Shown here one piece after another: positions 10,351-20,295 of a stretch of 64,000 nucleotides of DNA. The notes under the pieces are model-generated. The model had not been told where the DNA came from and did no database searches. It was given only the letters and a program-made list of their open reading frames with translations. Made by a program: the position numbers and the translations under genes. Origin of the DNA: Minisyncoccota bacterium (GTDB lineage Bacteria; Patescibacteriota; Minisyncoccia; Phycocordibacterales; BOKC01). Every line of letters begins with the position of its first letter. The first letter of the stretch is position 1. The stretch spans positions 442,783-506,782 of the forward strand of contig CP129473.1 in NCBI GenBank assembly GCA_030583745.1, in the 5' to 3' direction.

Positions 10351-10726
10351 TTTTTAACCAACTTTTCGATCTCCTCGACTAAAGTGGACCGAAAATTTAG
10401 TTGATAAATTTTAGACTGAATTTCAACAAGACAACCACATTAAGGACAATCCCGAAATCTCTGAAAAAGATATTTTAATCTCGCAAACGAATATTTAATT
10501 TTCAAAGTACCCGAATTGTCAGAATCTGGCAGAAACTCTACAGACCGGGCAGCTATTCTAAGACGATAATCTACTGCCTTGCTTACAGGATTTCTAGCCA
10601 TTACAAGCTTATCTGTATTCGGAACAGTATACCACAAAACAACCTAAAAGCAACGTGCTTGATATACCTCTCCCGACAAGTCAATTTTACATAAAAAGAC
10701 AGCCGGAACCAACGATATGGTTGTGG

Positions 10727-10870
10727 ATAACTCTAAAATTAGGGTTTGGGGTATGGGGGTTGGGGTTTAGGGTATGGGGAAATACAAAACTAAACGCTGA
10801 TCTTCTAGACCGCTCCAACCCAATTTACCTATACCCTATTGGCTGTCCCCTATTTGGCTGTCCCCTATTT
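10727..10870. repeat. Copies of a dispersed TTTAGGG/GGGTATGGGG repeat family in inverted arrangement
   Basis: ttagggtttggggtatgggggttggggtttagggtatgggg ... cctataccctattggctgtcccctatttggctgtcccctatt. Confidence 0.6.
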
Positions 10871-11706
10871 TAAAGATTTAATGAATACCGACTCCATCTT
10901 CGCTCCCCCTCTTTCTTGAGAATTCCACTTTTTACCATGAAGATTAGCTCCCTCTGAATGGTTTTTTCACTGCAGTCTTTTATATTATCAGAAATGTCTT
11001 TTATAGAAGCCGATTTTTTGTCTTTTATAATATCTAAAATCTTTATCTGCCTTTTATTTTTTCGCTCTTTGCCAAATTTTTCATCCTTGTCTTTACCTTG
11101 TCCTACGTGATTAATCTTGATTTCTTGATTTGACGCGCCATTATGTCCTTTATCGTAATTTAATTTATTTCTCTCATCAGTCTGACCCACATTGTCTTTT
11201 TCAAATTGTCCTATAAGCCCATGATTCTGGACGAAAAAGAAGTCGTTTGATAAACCGTTTTTACCCCCCAAATCACAACGCTCTAAATAGGAGTTAGCTA
11301 ATCCGGCCATCTTCTCAATCTCTTTTTTTAATATATCAAGATTCATTTGTGAAATAAGACCAGCAAAAAAAGAAGTTTCAAGGAAAGAATCAACTTTCAA
11401 AAGCTGATTCTCCCACTGATCCAACCAGCTTTTTTTGCCAACTTTGGCAATTGTAAATTTTGAAACTAAAGACAAATCAAGAAGCTCAAGAGAATTCTTT
11501 CTCAAAATGTCTTTAATCGGTTCTCTGTCATCAAAAAGACTTGTCAAAAGATAAACCGCCGAAACCAATCTTTCTGTCTTTTTATAAAAATAAGAAAAAT
11601 TATTGTCTTTTATAAACGAAACTACGTCCTTCACATATAAGCCCTTTAAATCAGCATTTTGAAGGTCGTTATTAGGGCTAAATTGTATTTGTCTTTTATC
11701 GTTCAT
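10870..11706 (-). CDS. Hypothetical protein with a C-terminal winged-helix (DeoR/ArsR-like) DNA-binding domain
   Basis: C-terminal KILDIIKDKKSASIKDISDNIKDCSEKTIQRELIFMVKSGILKKEG. Start set at the internal Met; the ORF is open to 11892. Confidence 0.45.
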   Translation of the reverse strand: MNDKRQIQFSPNNDLQNADLKGLYVKDVVSFIKDNNFSYFYKKTERLVSAVYLLTSLFDDREPIKDILRKNSLELLDLSLVSKFTIAKVGKKSWLDQWENQLLKVDSFLETSFFAGLISQMNLDILKKEIEKMAGLANSYLERCDLGGKNGLSNDFFFVQNHGLIGQFEKDNVGQTDERNKLNYDKGHNGASNQEIKINHVGQGKDKDEKFGKERKNKRQIKILDIIKDKKSASIKDISDNIKDCSEKTIQRELIFMVKSGILKKEGERRWSRYSLNL

Positions 11707-11945
11707 ATAGTGTCCTTTATTAATCCACCAGATTTTGTCTTTTATAAAAGTGTGGGAAACCTTAAAGGACAGTATATCCGTAAAAGACAGAAATATCAAT
11801 GACCCGGCGATACAATGTGTGGATTTTATTACGGGAAGAATAATGTCAGGAAATTTTGGAGAGTGATTGGAAAACCAAGATTTCAACCGCAAGGCAAATT
11901 AAAATTATGCTATCATTGTTTAATCAAGTAAGAAAAATAATTCAA

Positions 11946-14168
11946 ATGGGACGCAAGAAAAAGAAAAATAAAAAAACAACATCGGAAAGTTTTTCTTTTA
12001 CGCAATCTGAAACTTTTCAAAGCATTTTGGCAGTAGTTTTTTTTGTTCTAGCTTTCTTTCTGGCAGTGGCGTTTTTTGAGAAAGCCGGAATAGTCGGAGA
12101 AGTCGCAATCAAAATATTAAAACCTCTTTTGGGCTGGGGGTATTTCATTTTGCCAACAATTCTAATTATTCTTGGGTCGGCTTTCTTGTTTTCAGTTCAA
12201 AGGAGGATGGCGTGGCCACAAATTATTGGTGGGATTTTGTTCCTTCTCTCCGGAATGGGAGTTTTAGAGTTGATTTTTACCGATAAAGGCGGGCAGATCG
12301 GAGCGTTAATAGCGGCTCCAACTTTAAAACTTTTTGATTCGATAGTAGCGGTGGTTATCTTGCTTTCTCTGACAATAATCTCTCTGATAATAATTTTTGA
12401 CACAAGATTAAGATTGACAGCCGTCTGGCAATTTATTTTGAAAACAAGGCGCTTGTTTGGGTTTGGAGCAAAAGAAAATTCCCCAAATATAGGCGCGGTG
12501 GAAAATGAAGTTGAAAATATAAAGATAAACGATGGCTCTGATGAAGACCTTGATGAAGATATGGAAACCAAAGAAGCGAAAGAATCAGGAGAGCAAATTC
12601 AAAAAAAGGAGCAGGCAAAAAAGGATACTAAAAATAAAAACGAAAATTTACCGATAAACTTAAGCAAAATAAGTGGTGTGGCTTACAAAGCTCCCCCACT
12701 TGATTTACTTTCCAGAGATTCGGGCAAGCCGGGTGTTGGCGACATCAAAGCCAACGCCAACATCATAAAAAGAACCTTGCAAAATTTCGGCATAAACGTA
12801 GAGATGGATGAAATTACAATTGGCCCGACTGTAACTAGATACGCTCTAAAGCCGGCAGAGGGCGTAAAACTTTCAAGAATCGTTGGTTTACAAAACGATT
12901 TGGCTCTAGCTTTAGCCGCCCACCCGCTAAGAATTGAAGCGCCGATACCCGGAAAATCATTGGTCGGAATTGAAATACCCAATAGTATAAAAACAACGGT
13001 TGGCTTGGGAAGTATTTTGGCCGAAAATGAGTTTCAAAATTCACCCAAACCAATGTTTATCGCTTTGGGTAAAGCAATATCAGGCAAAGCCCATTTTGAT
13101 GATATCGCTAGAATGCCTCACCTTCTGATCGCCGGAGCAACCGGAAGTGGTAAAAGTGTTATGGTTCATTCTCTTATCACTTCCCTTCTCTACAGAAACT
13201 CTCCAGAAAACCTTAAACTCATACTAATTGACCCAAAAAGAGTAGAATTAACTCTCTATAATAAAATTCCACATCTCTTAACGCCGGTTTTGACCGACCC
13301 TAAAAAAGCCATTTTAGCGCTGAAGTGGGCAGCCAAAGAAATGGATCGCCGATATGACATATTGGAGGCAGAGAAAGTGCGAGATATCGGCTCCTACCAC
13401 AAAAACATTCTTGAACCGGTTTTGAAAAGTAAGAAAGGTGGCAGTAGAGACGAAGCTGAAATGCCGGAAGCCATGCCATATATAGTAATCTTTATTGATG
13501 AGTTAGCTGATATTATGACAAGTTTTCCGAGAGAAATGGAGGCCGCAGTGGTTCGACTAGCTCAGATGTCAAGAGCGGTTGGTATACATCTTGTACTCTC
13601 AACTCAAAGACCATCGGTCAATGTCATCACTGGGCTGATAAAAGCTAACATCCCAACAAGAATTGCTCTACAGGTCGCAAGTCAGATTGATTCACGAACC
13701 ATTCTTGACATGACTGGAGCCGAAAAACTACTCGGGGCCGGAGACATGCTTTATCTTTCAAGTGATATGTCAAAACCTCTAAGAATCCAAACGGCCTATA
13801 TTTCAGAAGCCGAAGTCAAAGATGTGGTTAAATTTATTTACGAAAACAACCCAAGCGACGACTCAACTGTAGATATTAACCTCGAAACAGCTCAAAACGC
13901 CATAGAGCTTAGTAATTCTGATTCGGACGTGGATGATGATTTATACGAAGAGGCCCGAGAGTTGGTTGTTAAAGCTGGTAAGGCCTCAACCTCTTATCTT
14001 CAAAGGCGTCTTAGAATAGGTTACGCCAGAGCCGCAAGACTCATAGACATGCTTGAGGAAAGAGGGGTGGTCGGCGCCGGCGAGGGTGCCAAACCAAGAG
14101 AAGTTATAACAAATGACGAAGTTGGGGTTGAAAATTCACCCGAAGAATACGGGGCAGAAAACCGATGA
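11946..14168 (+). CDS. ftsK: DNA translocase FtsK/SpoIIIE
   Basis: N-terminal TM helices; Walker A LLIAGATGSGKS; FIDELADIM; C-terminal gamma wHTH YEEARELVVKAGKASTSYLQRRLRIGYARAARLIDMLEERGVV. Confidence 0.9.
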   Translation: MGRKKKKNKKTTSESFSFTQSETFQSILAVVFFVLAFFLAVAFFEKAGIVGEVAIKILKPLLGWGYFILPTILIILGSAFLFSVQRRMAWPQIIGGILFLLSGMGVLELIFTDKGGQIGALIAAPTLKLFDSIVAVVILLSLTIISLIIIFDTRLRLTAVWQFILKTRRLFGFGAKENSPNIGAVENEVENIKINDGSDEDLDEDMETKEAKESGEQIQKKEQAKKDTKNKNENLPINLSKISGVAYKAPPLDLLSRDSGKPGVGDIKANANIIKRTLQNFGINVEMDEITIGPTVTRYALKPAEGVKLSRIVGLQNDLALALAAHPLRIEAPIPGKSLVGIEIPNSIKTTVGLGSILAENEFQNSPKPMFIALGKAISGKAHFDDIARMPHLLIAGATGSGKSVMVHSLITSLLYRNSPENLKLILIDPKRVELTLYNKIPHLLTPVLTDPKKAILALKWAAKEMDRRYDILEAEKVRDIGSYHKNILEPVLKSKKGGSRDEAEMPEAMPYIVIFIDELADIMTSFPREMEAAVVRLAQMSRAVGIHLVLSTQRPSVNVITGLIKANIPTRIALQVASQIDSRTILDMTGAEKLLGAGDMLYLSSDMSKPLRIQTAYISEAEVKDVVKFIYENNPSDDSTVDINLETAQNAIELSNSDSDVDDDLYEEARELVVKAGKASTSYLQRRLRIGYARAARLIDMLEERGVVGAGEGAKPREVITNDEVGVENSPEEYGAENR

Positions 14169-14524
14169 AAAACCCTGATTTCAAGTCAGTCCTAAAAATA
14201 GCTTTGGTAGCGTTTTTTGCTTTAGTCATAGTCGGTTACTCCCTGTTTGAAGCTCGGGGTATAATCAGCGGTCCAATTTTAGAAATTTACGAACCAAGTG
14301 ACGGGGGTGGCTTTGAAGAAAGCTTGGTAAAAATCCACGGGAGAGCAAGAAATATTTCTTTTTTAAGTCTTAATGATTCGCCGATTTTTATAGATGAAAA
14401 AGGTGTTTTTCTTGAAAAATTTATTCTAGCGCCAGGATATAATGCAATAAAGATTTCAGCCAAAGACCGATTGGGGAGAGAAAGGATAAAAGTTCTTAAA
14501 TTGGTGTATAATTTAGAAAAATAA
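14165..14524 (+). CDS. Hypothetical exported/membrane protein
   Basis: N-terminal hydrophobic segment; start codon overlaps the ftsK stop (ATGA). Confidence 0.4.
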   Translation: MKNPDFKSVLKIALVAFFALVIVGYSLFEARGIISGPILEIYEPSDGGGFEESLVKIHGRARNISFLSLNDSPIFIDEKGVFLEKFILAPGYNAIKISAKDRLGRERIKVLKLVYNLEK

Positions 14525-14560
14525 TAAACGAACAAAGCGAGTGAATATGTTTTTCTAGGG

Positions 14561-14597
14561 CAGTCCAAGTTTTTGCGAAGCAAAAACTTGGACTGCA
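14561..14597. other. Perfect 16-bp hairpin (CAGTCCAAGTTTTTGC-GAA-GCAAAAACTTGGACTG) between the upstream gene and recA
   Basis: Seen directly; no long T-tract follows. Could be a terminator or a recA leader structure. Confidence 0.5.
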
Positions 14598-14645
14598 GAT
14601 AAAATTCTAAAACTCACTTTGTTTTGTCTAATAAGTATTTCTATC

Positions 14646-15674
14646 ATGAAAAAAGCAAAAAAAGAAGAAAGGGTCTCTGGGAAAAATATAGACGAAACTT
14701 TGCGCGACATAAAGTCCCGTTTTGGAGAAGAGGCAATAATGAAACTCGGTGAAAAACCTAAAGTGAATGTGGACGCAATCCCGACTGGATCTATAGGATT
14801 GGACGCCGCGCTCGGAGTCGGCGGTATGCCAAGAGGCAGAATTATAGAAATATATGGTCCAGAGTCTTCTGGAAAAACCACCCTTTCCCTGCATGTAATC
14901 GCCGAGGCCCAGAAAAAAGGCGGGGTTTGTGCCTTTATTGACGCAGAACACGCTATGGACCCAGAATATTCAAAACGCTTGGGTGTAAAAATAGACGAAC
15001 TCCTTATTTCTCAACCAGACACCGGAGAACAAGCTCTTGAAATTGTAGAATCTTTGGTGCGTTCTGGAAAACTAGACGTTATAGTTGTAGATTCTGTCGC
15101 CGCTCTAACTCCAAAAGATGAGATAGAAGGCGAAATGGGCGCACATCACGTCGGCAAACAAGCCCGCCTGATGAGCCAAGCTTTAAGAAAATTGACAGCT
15201 ATCGTAGCCAAAAGCAAGACAATTGTCATCTTTATAAATCAGATTAGAATGCAAATCGGGGTGATGTTTGGCAATCCAGAAACAACTCCGGGTGGTAAAG
15301 CTCTTAAATTTTATACATCGGTCAGAATTGATATCCGACGTATAGCCCAAATTAAAAAAGGGGAAGAAATTATGGGTTCTCGCATCCGAGCAAAAGTTGT
15401 AAAAAATAAAGTGGCTGCGCCTTTCAAGCAAACCGAATTTGACTTGATGTATAACGAAGGAATTTCTAGAGAAGGAGAAATTATGGCGCTTGGCGAAAAA
15501 TTGAAGATTATTGAAAAATCAAGCGGTGGATCTTACACTTATCGTCCGGAGGGTAAGAGTGAGGAAATTAAGCTCGGACGTGGCTATGACGCCGCCCGAC
15601 AATTTCTAAAATCAGAACCAAAAATTACAAGCGATATTCTGAAAAAAATAAAAGAGCAGTTAAAAGATAAGTAA
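14646..15674 (+). CDS. recA: Recombinase RecA
   Basis: [40 protein letters not shown]...[28 protein letters not shown]. Confidence 0.95.
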   Translation: MKKAKKEERVSGKNIDETLRDIKSRFGEEAIMKLGEKPKVNVDAIPTGSIGLDAALGVGGMPRGRIIEIYGPESSGKTTLSLHVIAEAQKKGGVCAFIDAEHAMDPEYSKRLGVKIDELLISQPDTGEQALEIVESLVRSGKLDVIVVDSVAALTPKDEIEGEMGAHHVGKQARLMSQALRKLTAIVAKSKTIVIFINQIRMQIGVMFGNPETTPGGKALKFYTSVRIDIRRIAQIKKGEEIMGSRIRAKVVKNKVAAPFKQTEFDLMYNEGISREGEIMALGEKLKIIEKSSGGSYTYRPEGKSEEIKLGRGYDAARQFLKSEPKITSDILKKIKEQLKDK

Positions 15675-15956
15675 ATGCATGTTCCTAACTGGCTTAAGGG
15701 CGGTTTTCTGGGCGTCTTGACTGTTTGGGTTGTTATTTTCATCAAAGCAATTTGTCTAGACGATTGGTGTTTCGCCGACACCTTCTTGCCAATTATTTTC
15801 TTCCCCTTAGCAGGACTCGATTATTTTCTAAACGCTGAACTAATAAAGTTTTTCGGGAAAAACATCTTTCTTACAATTTCAATTTTTTGGTTTGTTATTG
15901 GTTCGTCTGCTGGCGCGTTTTTTGGCAAGTTTAGAAAAGAAAAGGTGGAGACTTGA
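15675..15956 (+). CDS. Small hypothetical membrane protein
   Basis: 93-aa ORF with two hydrophobic segments. Confidence 0.35.
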   Translation: MHVPNWLKGGFLGVLTVWVVIFIKAICLDDWCFADTFLPIIFFPLAGLDYFLNAELIKFFGKNIFLTISIFWFVIGSSAGAFFGKFRKEKVET

Positions 15957-15991
15957 AATTAAGCGACTTTTGTAATAACTTATTGTCTATT

Positions 15992-16555
15992 ATGTTGCAA
16001 TACAACGAAATCACGGAGAAAAAATTTATAGAGCTAGACGGCGAGCCGTATGAAGTTTTAAGTTCGCACGTTTTCCGAAAACAGCAAAGAAAGCCGGTCA
16101 ACGCTACTAAATTAAAAAATTTAATAACTGGCAAAGTTACCGAACGGTCTTTTCATGTTTCCGAAAAAGCCGAGGAAGCTGATCTTCAGAAAAAAGAAAT
16201 AAAATTTCTATATTTAAACAAGGGTCAATACTGGTTTTGCGACCCAGACAGTCCGCGCGACAGATTCTTTTTTGGAGAAGAAATGATTGGGCCACAGGGC
16301 AAATTTATGAAAGAAAATTCTTTGGCCGAAGCGCTCGTGTTTAATGAAAAAATTATAGGCATCAAGGTGCCGATAAAAGTTGAATTGGCAGTGAAAGAGT
16401 CTCATCCTGCAGTCAAAGGTAATACCGCCCAAGGCGCAACTAAAGAAGCTGTTTTGGAGACCGGGGCGATAGTTCAGGTGCCGCTTTTCATCAAAGAGGG
16501 CGATATTTTAAGAATCAACACCGATACCGGAGAATATGTGGAGAGAGTAAGTTAG
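15992..16555 (+). CDS. efp: Elongation factor P
   Basis: KFIELDGEPYEVLSSHVF...KPVNATKLKNLITGK...VQVPLFIKEGDILRINTDTGEYVER. Confidence 0.85.
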   Translation: MLQYNEITEKKFIELDGEPYEVLSSHVFRKQQRKPVNATKLKNLITGKVTERSFHVSEKAEEADLQKKEIKFLYLNKGQYWFCDPDSPRDRFFFGEEMIGPQGKFMKENSLAEALVFNEKIIGIKVPIKVELAVKESHPAVKGNTAQGATKEAVLETGAIVQVPLFIKEGDILRINTDTGEYVERVS

Positions 16556-16670
16556 GGTCTAGAGTTTAGCCAATAGGGTGTAGAAATTAACCTCCAGAAA
16601 TCATAGGGAGATTAGCGCAAGTAGTAGCATCCTCTATTGGCTAGTGGCTATACCCTAAACCCTATTTCTG
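16551..16670. repeat. Inverted pair of TAGGGT-TAGCCAATAGGG repeats flanking a 47-bp spacer between convergent efp and rpsR (MITE-like)
   Basis: gttagggtctagagtttagccaatagggtgtag ... cctctattggctagtggctataccctaaaccctatt. Confidence 0.6.
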
Positions 16671-16862
16671 TACGTAGGGTAAAAGACCCATAAAACGAGC
16701 GCGTTTTACGGCCATAGCAAGTTTTCGCTGATTCTTAGCTGAAACCCCAGTCCTTTTTCTAGCTATTATACGGCCATGAGGATTGAGAAATTTCCTTAGA
16801 ATTTCTACATCCTTATAATCTATGTGTTGGATATTATTTTGGGTGAAAAAACATTGGGTCAT
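16662..16862 (-). CDS. rpsR: 30S ribosomal protein S18
   Basis: [49 protein letters not shown]. Confidence 0.9.
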   Translation of the reverse strand: MTQCFFTQNNIQHIDYKDVEILRKFLNPHGRIIARKRTGVSAKNQRKLAMAVKRARFMGLLPYVQK

Positions 16863-16880
16863 AAATTTTATTAGTTGGTA

Positions 16881-16913
16881 GATTATAGTCAGTAGTCAGT
16901 AGTAAGTCAACTG
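16881..16913. repeat. TAGTCAGTAG repeat flanking the 4HB gene (left copy)
   Basis: gattatagtcagtagtcagtagtaagtcaactg; inverted partner at 17271-17303 and a related copy at 22786-22806. Confidence 0.5.
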
Positions 16914-17248
16914 TTCACTATTTTATTCAACATTTTCATAACTTCCTCAAGTAAGTTGTCTATTTTTACACAATCAGATTCTTTAATAAATTCAAGTCTT
17001 TTAGCTATTTTTACTTGTGTTTCCAATTCAGCGCCAGAGCCGAATGATATAAGAAAAAATCTTTTAACTTCATTTTTACCCCCACGCCTACTGCCTTCAG
17101 CAATATTAGAAGGAATAGATACAGCGGCTCTTCTCATTTGAGAAGTGAGACCATATAACTCTGATTTAGGAAATTTATTTGTTATCTGGTAGATCTCTAC
17201 TACCAATTCCATAGACTTCTGCCAAACTACAAGATTCTCGTAACCCAT
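16907..17248 (-). CDS. Four-helix-bundle protein (TIGR02436 family, historically the '23S rRNA intervening sequence protein')
   Basis: LVVWQKSMELVVEIYQITNKFPKSELYGLTSQMRRAAVSIPSNIAEGSRR...FLISFGSGAELETQV. Confidence 0.8.
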   Translation of the reverse strand: MGYENLVVWQKSMELVVEIYQITNKFPKSELYGLTSQMRRAAVSIPSNIAEGSRRGGKNEVKRFFLISFGSGAELETQVKIAKRLEFIKESDCVKIDNLLEEVMKMLNKIVNS

Positions 17249-17270
17249 TTTTGTTGTTGCCTTAAATCTA

Positions 17271-17303
17271 CAGACTACTCACTACCTTCTACTGACTAGA
17301 ATG
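17271..17303. repeat. TAGTCAGTAG repeat flanking the 4HB gene (right copy, inverted)
   Basis: agactactcactaccttctactgactagaatgg. Confidence 0.5.
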
Positions 17304-17760
17304 GTATATCATCTGGATTCACTTCCTCTTCCGGATATGCAATCTCTCCGTCATCCTTGGTGCTTTGTTTTTTGTCGCCAGAGTTAGGAGAAGAAGAATC
17401 GTCCTGTGAATTTGGAGACGTAAAGCCACCTCCAGACTTGGCACCAAATTGCACCCGGTCGGCAACAATTTCAGTCCTGTATCTTTTTTGGCCGTCTTGG
17501 CCGTCCCAGCTTCTAGTCTGAATTCTACCTTCAACCAAAACATTTTGACCTTTCTTCAAATATTGAGCCGAGGTTTCAGCTTGACGTCCAAAAACTACGA
17601 CATTATGAAATTCCGTGTTCTCCTGTTTCTGACCATCTTTGTCCTTCCAAACTCGATTGGTAGCAACGCCGAGAGTGCAGACTGCGGTACCGGAAGGCAG
17701 AGATTTAAGTTCCGGATCTCTTGTTAAGTTGCCTATGATTAAAGCTTTATTTAAATACAT
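17296..17760 (-). CDS. ssb: Single-stranded DNA-binding protein
   Basis: OB fold ALIIGNLTRDPELK...NVVVFGRQAE...; acidic tail ending DDIPF. Confidence 0.9.
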   Translation of the reverse strand: MYLNKALIIGNLTRDPELKSLPSGTAVCTLGVATNRVWKDKDGQKQENTEFHNVVVFGRQAETSAQYLKKGQNVLVEGRIQTRSWDGQDGQKRYRTEIVADRVQFGAKSGGGFTSPNSQDDSSSPNSGDKKQSTKDDGEIAYPEEEVNPDDIPF

Positions 17761-17824
17761 TTTATAAATTATCGCTGTTTTTATAATCTCAAATTATAAA
17801 AATTCTGCAACCCTATCAGCTGAA

Positions 17825-18355
17825 TTATTCACTGACCACCAACTTTTCTATACTTTTATCAATCTCTTCTTCGGAAACCGGACCCAGTGCCGCTTCTTCC
17901 GCTTGTCTTGCGCTTTTCGCCTCCCTGTCCTTTCTGACTGCTAACTTGTGAGAATACAAAGTATTTTCTTTGACAGTCTCGATCAGGAGAAATCTAATAA
18001 CGTTTAAATTATTTTGGAAAGAGTTTTTGATCGCCAACATCTTCGACGGTTCAATTTCAAATTTTACCCAACCAAAGTAGGCCTGACTGTATTTTTGGTT
18101 TTTATTGTCAATTTTTTTGACCATTTCATAAGAAAGTGGTCGCAATCTGGGAAAATCTTCGGAAATAAAAATACCACCAAATTCTTCGATGGCTGTTTTC
18201 AGCGCCGAAACCTCTTCCGGCAATTTTTCTTCGGCGATAGATGGCGACAAAAGAAAACTAGCTTCGTAAACCCTTGCGTCTTGGGTTTCGGTTTCTTCTT
18301 GGTCCTCTTTTTGATCTTTTACTTCTGTTTCTTGCATAGGCAAATAGGTTAACAT
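17825..18355 (-). CDS. rpsF: 30S ribosomal protein S6 (with N- and C-terminal extensions)
   Basis: YEASFLLSPSI...LKTAIEEFGGIF...PLSYEMVKK...AYFGWVKFEIEPS; sits in an rpsF-ssb-rpsR arrangement. Confidence 0.75.
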   Translation of the reverse strand: MLTYLPMQETEVKDQKEDQEETETQDARVYEASFLLSPSIAEEKLPEEVSALKTAIEEFGGIFISEDFPRLRPLSYEMVKKIDNKNQKYSQAYFGWVKFEIEPSKMLAIKNSFQNNLNVIRFLLIETVKENTLYSHKLAVRKDREAKSARQAEEAALGPVSEEEIDKSIEKLVVSE

Positions 18356-18371
18356 AAATGCTTTAGGTTTT

Positions 18372-18412
18372 CAACCCGGATTAGGGTTTAGGGTTTAGGG
18401 TATAGCCAATAG
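18372..18412. repeat. (TTTAGGG)n-like repeat copy: attagggtttagggtttagggtatagccaatagg
   Basis: Seen directly in the sequence. Confidence 0.7.
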
Positions 18413-18689
18413 GTTAAAAAAAGACCACAGCTCACGCTGCGATCGTCATCTCACCTTGGCTCTAGCGCCAACTAGCGAGATTAGATGTCTTTCCATCCGT
18501 CAGGATACATTTCGGTGCACCTACCTAGTCTGAACGAGGTCAGACCCCTGTGCTGAATTGTCGCGCCCGTAAAAACAGGTGCCCACGTGGTCTGTTACCA
18601 TGCTAGCATAGTATGATTTTAATGTCAAGCATTTTTTGATAGTAGATACAGAGAAATTCAAAAAAATGTAAGTGGGGATTAAAGAAAAA

Positions 18690-18722
18690 GGCCCCGAGGT
18701 GAGAACCACCAAGGGGCCAGTG
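18690..18722 (-). terminator. Terminator of the GC-rich island gene (GGCCCC...GGGGCC followed by TTTTTCTTT on the minus strand)
   Basis: Seen directly in the sequence. Confidence 0.55.
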
Positions 18723-18764
18723 TGACCAGTTTGCTGAAGAATGAGCTCAATGAATTCAATGAAC

Positions 18765-19262
18765 TCAAGGAATTTCCTGCTCCAGCCGAGCTTTGCTCTG
18801 CTTTGAGGCGAGGAGAGCGGGGTTGCTCTGGTCAAAGTTGTGGCCGAGGCGGCAGTACCAGAGGTCGCTCACACGGTTGCCAAGCCAGATGAGGCACGCG
18901 ACCTTGCGGTCGTCGCCGAACCCCTGTCGAGATCCCCACAGGCAGACTGTCTTACCCTTGAACTCTTCCGGGTATGTCTCGGGATCCTTGAGCCAACCCT
19001 GGACAACCGGATGTTCGAGGTAATAGTGGCGGCCCCTGAATTTCGGATCTTTGTAGTACTCATCGAGCATGAGTCCGCTGCCTCCTCCCCTCTCCTGTGC
19101 CGGATGAAGATGGAGTTCGAAATTCCCCCGTGATTCATCCACCATGGCTTGCAATCTGCTTGCAAGCCACTCCGGCGAACGCTTGCCATTCTGGACCATC
19201 TTGGCGATAGACGCCCAAAGATCGAAGATCCGTTTCCAGACGTCAACTTTGCCACTACTCAT
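18765..19262 (-). CDS. Hypothetical protein encoded in a GC-rich (~57%) island; no recognised domain
   Basis: 165-aa ORF. Composition differs sharply from the ~38% GC flanks. Has its own terminator. Confidence 0.5.
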   Translation of the reverse strand: MSSGKVDVWKRIFDLWASIAKMVQNGKRSPEWLASRLQAMVDESRGNFELHLHPAQERGGGSGLMLDEYYKDPKFRGRHYYLEHPVVQGWLKDPETYPEEFKGKTVCLWGSRQGFGDDRKVACLIWLGNRVSDLWYCRLGHNFDQSNPALLASKQSKARLEQEIP

Positions 19263-19371
19263 GGCTTTCTCCTGTAAAGAACCCGCCCGCTACCAACAGG
19301 CGTTTCCGGATTCTGCCGGAACAGTTGCGAGAATACCTCGCTAAATCTATTTTAATCTAATCACATAAAAG

Positions 19372-20292
19372 CTATGCTGTCACGGCAAAAAATTTTAAAG
19401 CATTTTGGAGTAGGGTTTCTCGGACTTTTTCAAAATCTTCCCCCTTTATTTCAGATATCTTTTTGACGACTTCCCTGACATGCATCGGCTCATTTCTTTT
19501 ACCCCGAAACGGTTCCGGAGAAACATACGGACAATCTGTTTCGGTCATAATTCTATCGAGTGGCGTATTTTTTATAATCTCATCGTATTGCCGGGCGAAA
19601 GTTATAACTCCGGTAAACGAAAGAAAAAAGCCGGCATCTAAAATTTCTTTGGCCTCTTCCCAAGAACCGGCAAAAAAATGGAAATTGCCGGAAACTTTCG
19701 CTTCTGATTTCAATATTTCCAGAGCGTCGCGGTAAGCGGATTTTCCGGAACCAGCTTGCCCTGAACTTGCCTGCAGTGAGTTTGTCGAACCTGTTGAAGG
19801 GTTTCGAACATGGAGCATCAAAGGTTTCTTGAATTCATTAGCTAGGGCAATTTGGGCTGAAAAAGATTCGCGCTGTTTCTTTTCTGATTCCGGGGTGCAG
19901 CGATAATAATCCAACCCGCATTCCCCTATTCCTAAAACTTTTGGATGCTTTAAAAGTTCGCGATAATAATTTTCGTCTAAAACTTCGCCACGCGAAACAA
20001 ACCCCTCGACTTCGCTCGGGGCAAGTTCCTTTCCGCTACTTCCGAGTTCTTTTTCATCATGGAAAGATTTATCTGTATGAATCGGATGAATACCGACAAT
20101 TGCATAAACACCTTTTTCATATTTTTCCACCAATTCAACCGCAGATTTGGAGGTATCTTTCTGCGTGCCAACATTTATCATCCATACGCCCGCCTCCAAA
20201 GCGCGCTCTATAACTGCTTCCCGATCTTCATCATAAGCGGCAAAATTTACGTGGGCGTGGATGTCAATGTATTGGGTAGGTTTAGGATTCAT
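19372..20292 (-). CDS. tatD: TatD-family metal-dependent hydrolase (with a Ser/Gly-rich insertion)
   Basis: YIDIHAHVNF...MINVGT...GECGLDYY; immediately downstream of metG. Confidence 0.75.
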   Translation of the reverse strand: MNPKPTQYIDIHAHVNFAAYDEDREAVIERALEAGVWMINVGTQKDTSKSAVELVEKYEKGVYAIVGIHPIHTDKSFHDEKELGSSGKELAPSEVEGFVSRGEVLDENYYRELLKHPKVLGIGECGLDYYRCTPESEKKQRESFSAQIALANEFKKPLMLHVRNPSTGSTNSLQASSGQAGSGKSAYRDALEILKSEAKVSGNFHFFAGSWEEAKEILDAGFFLSFTGVITFARQYDEIIKNTPLDRIMTETDCPYVSPEPFRGKRNEPMHVREVVKKISEIKGEDFEKVRETLLQNALKFFAVTA

Positions 20293-20295
20293 GAA

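Noticed and set aside
10655-10873. 72-aa ORF with GLGFRVWG repeats
   Set aside because: Translation of the GGGTTTAGGGTATGGGG DNA repeats; non-coding.
18420-18700. Possible tmRNA, RNase P RNA or SRP RNA in the GC-moderate non-coding stretch
   Set aside because: None of the conserved cores (GGAAAGTCCGGGC, tmRNA tRNA-like ends, SRP GGAAGCAGC) are present on either strand. Treated as decayed island sequence.
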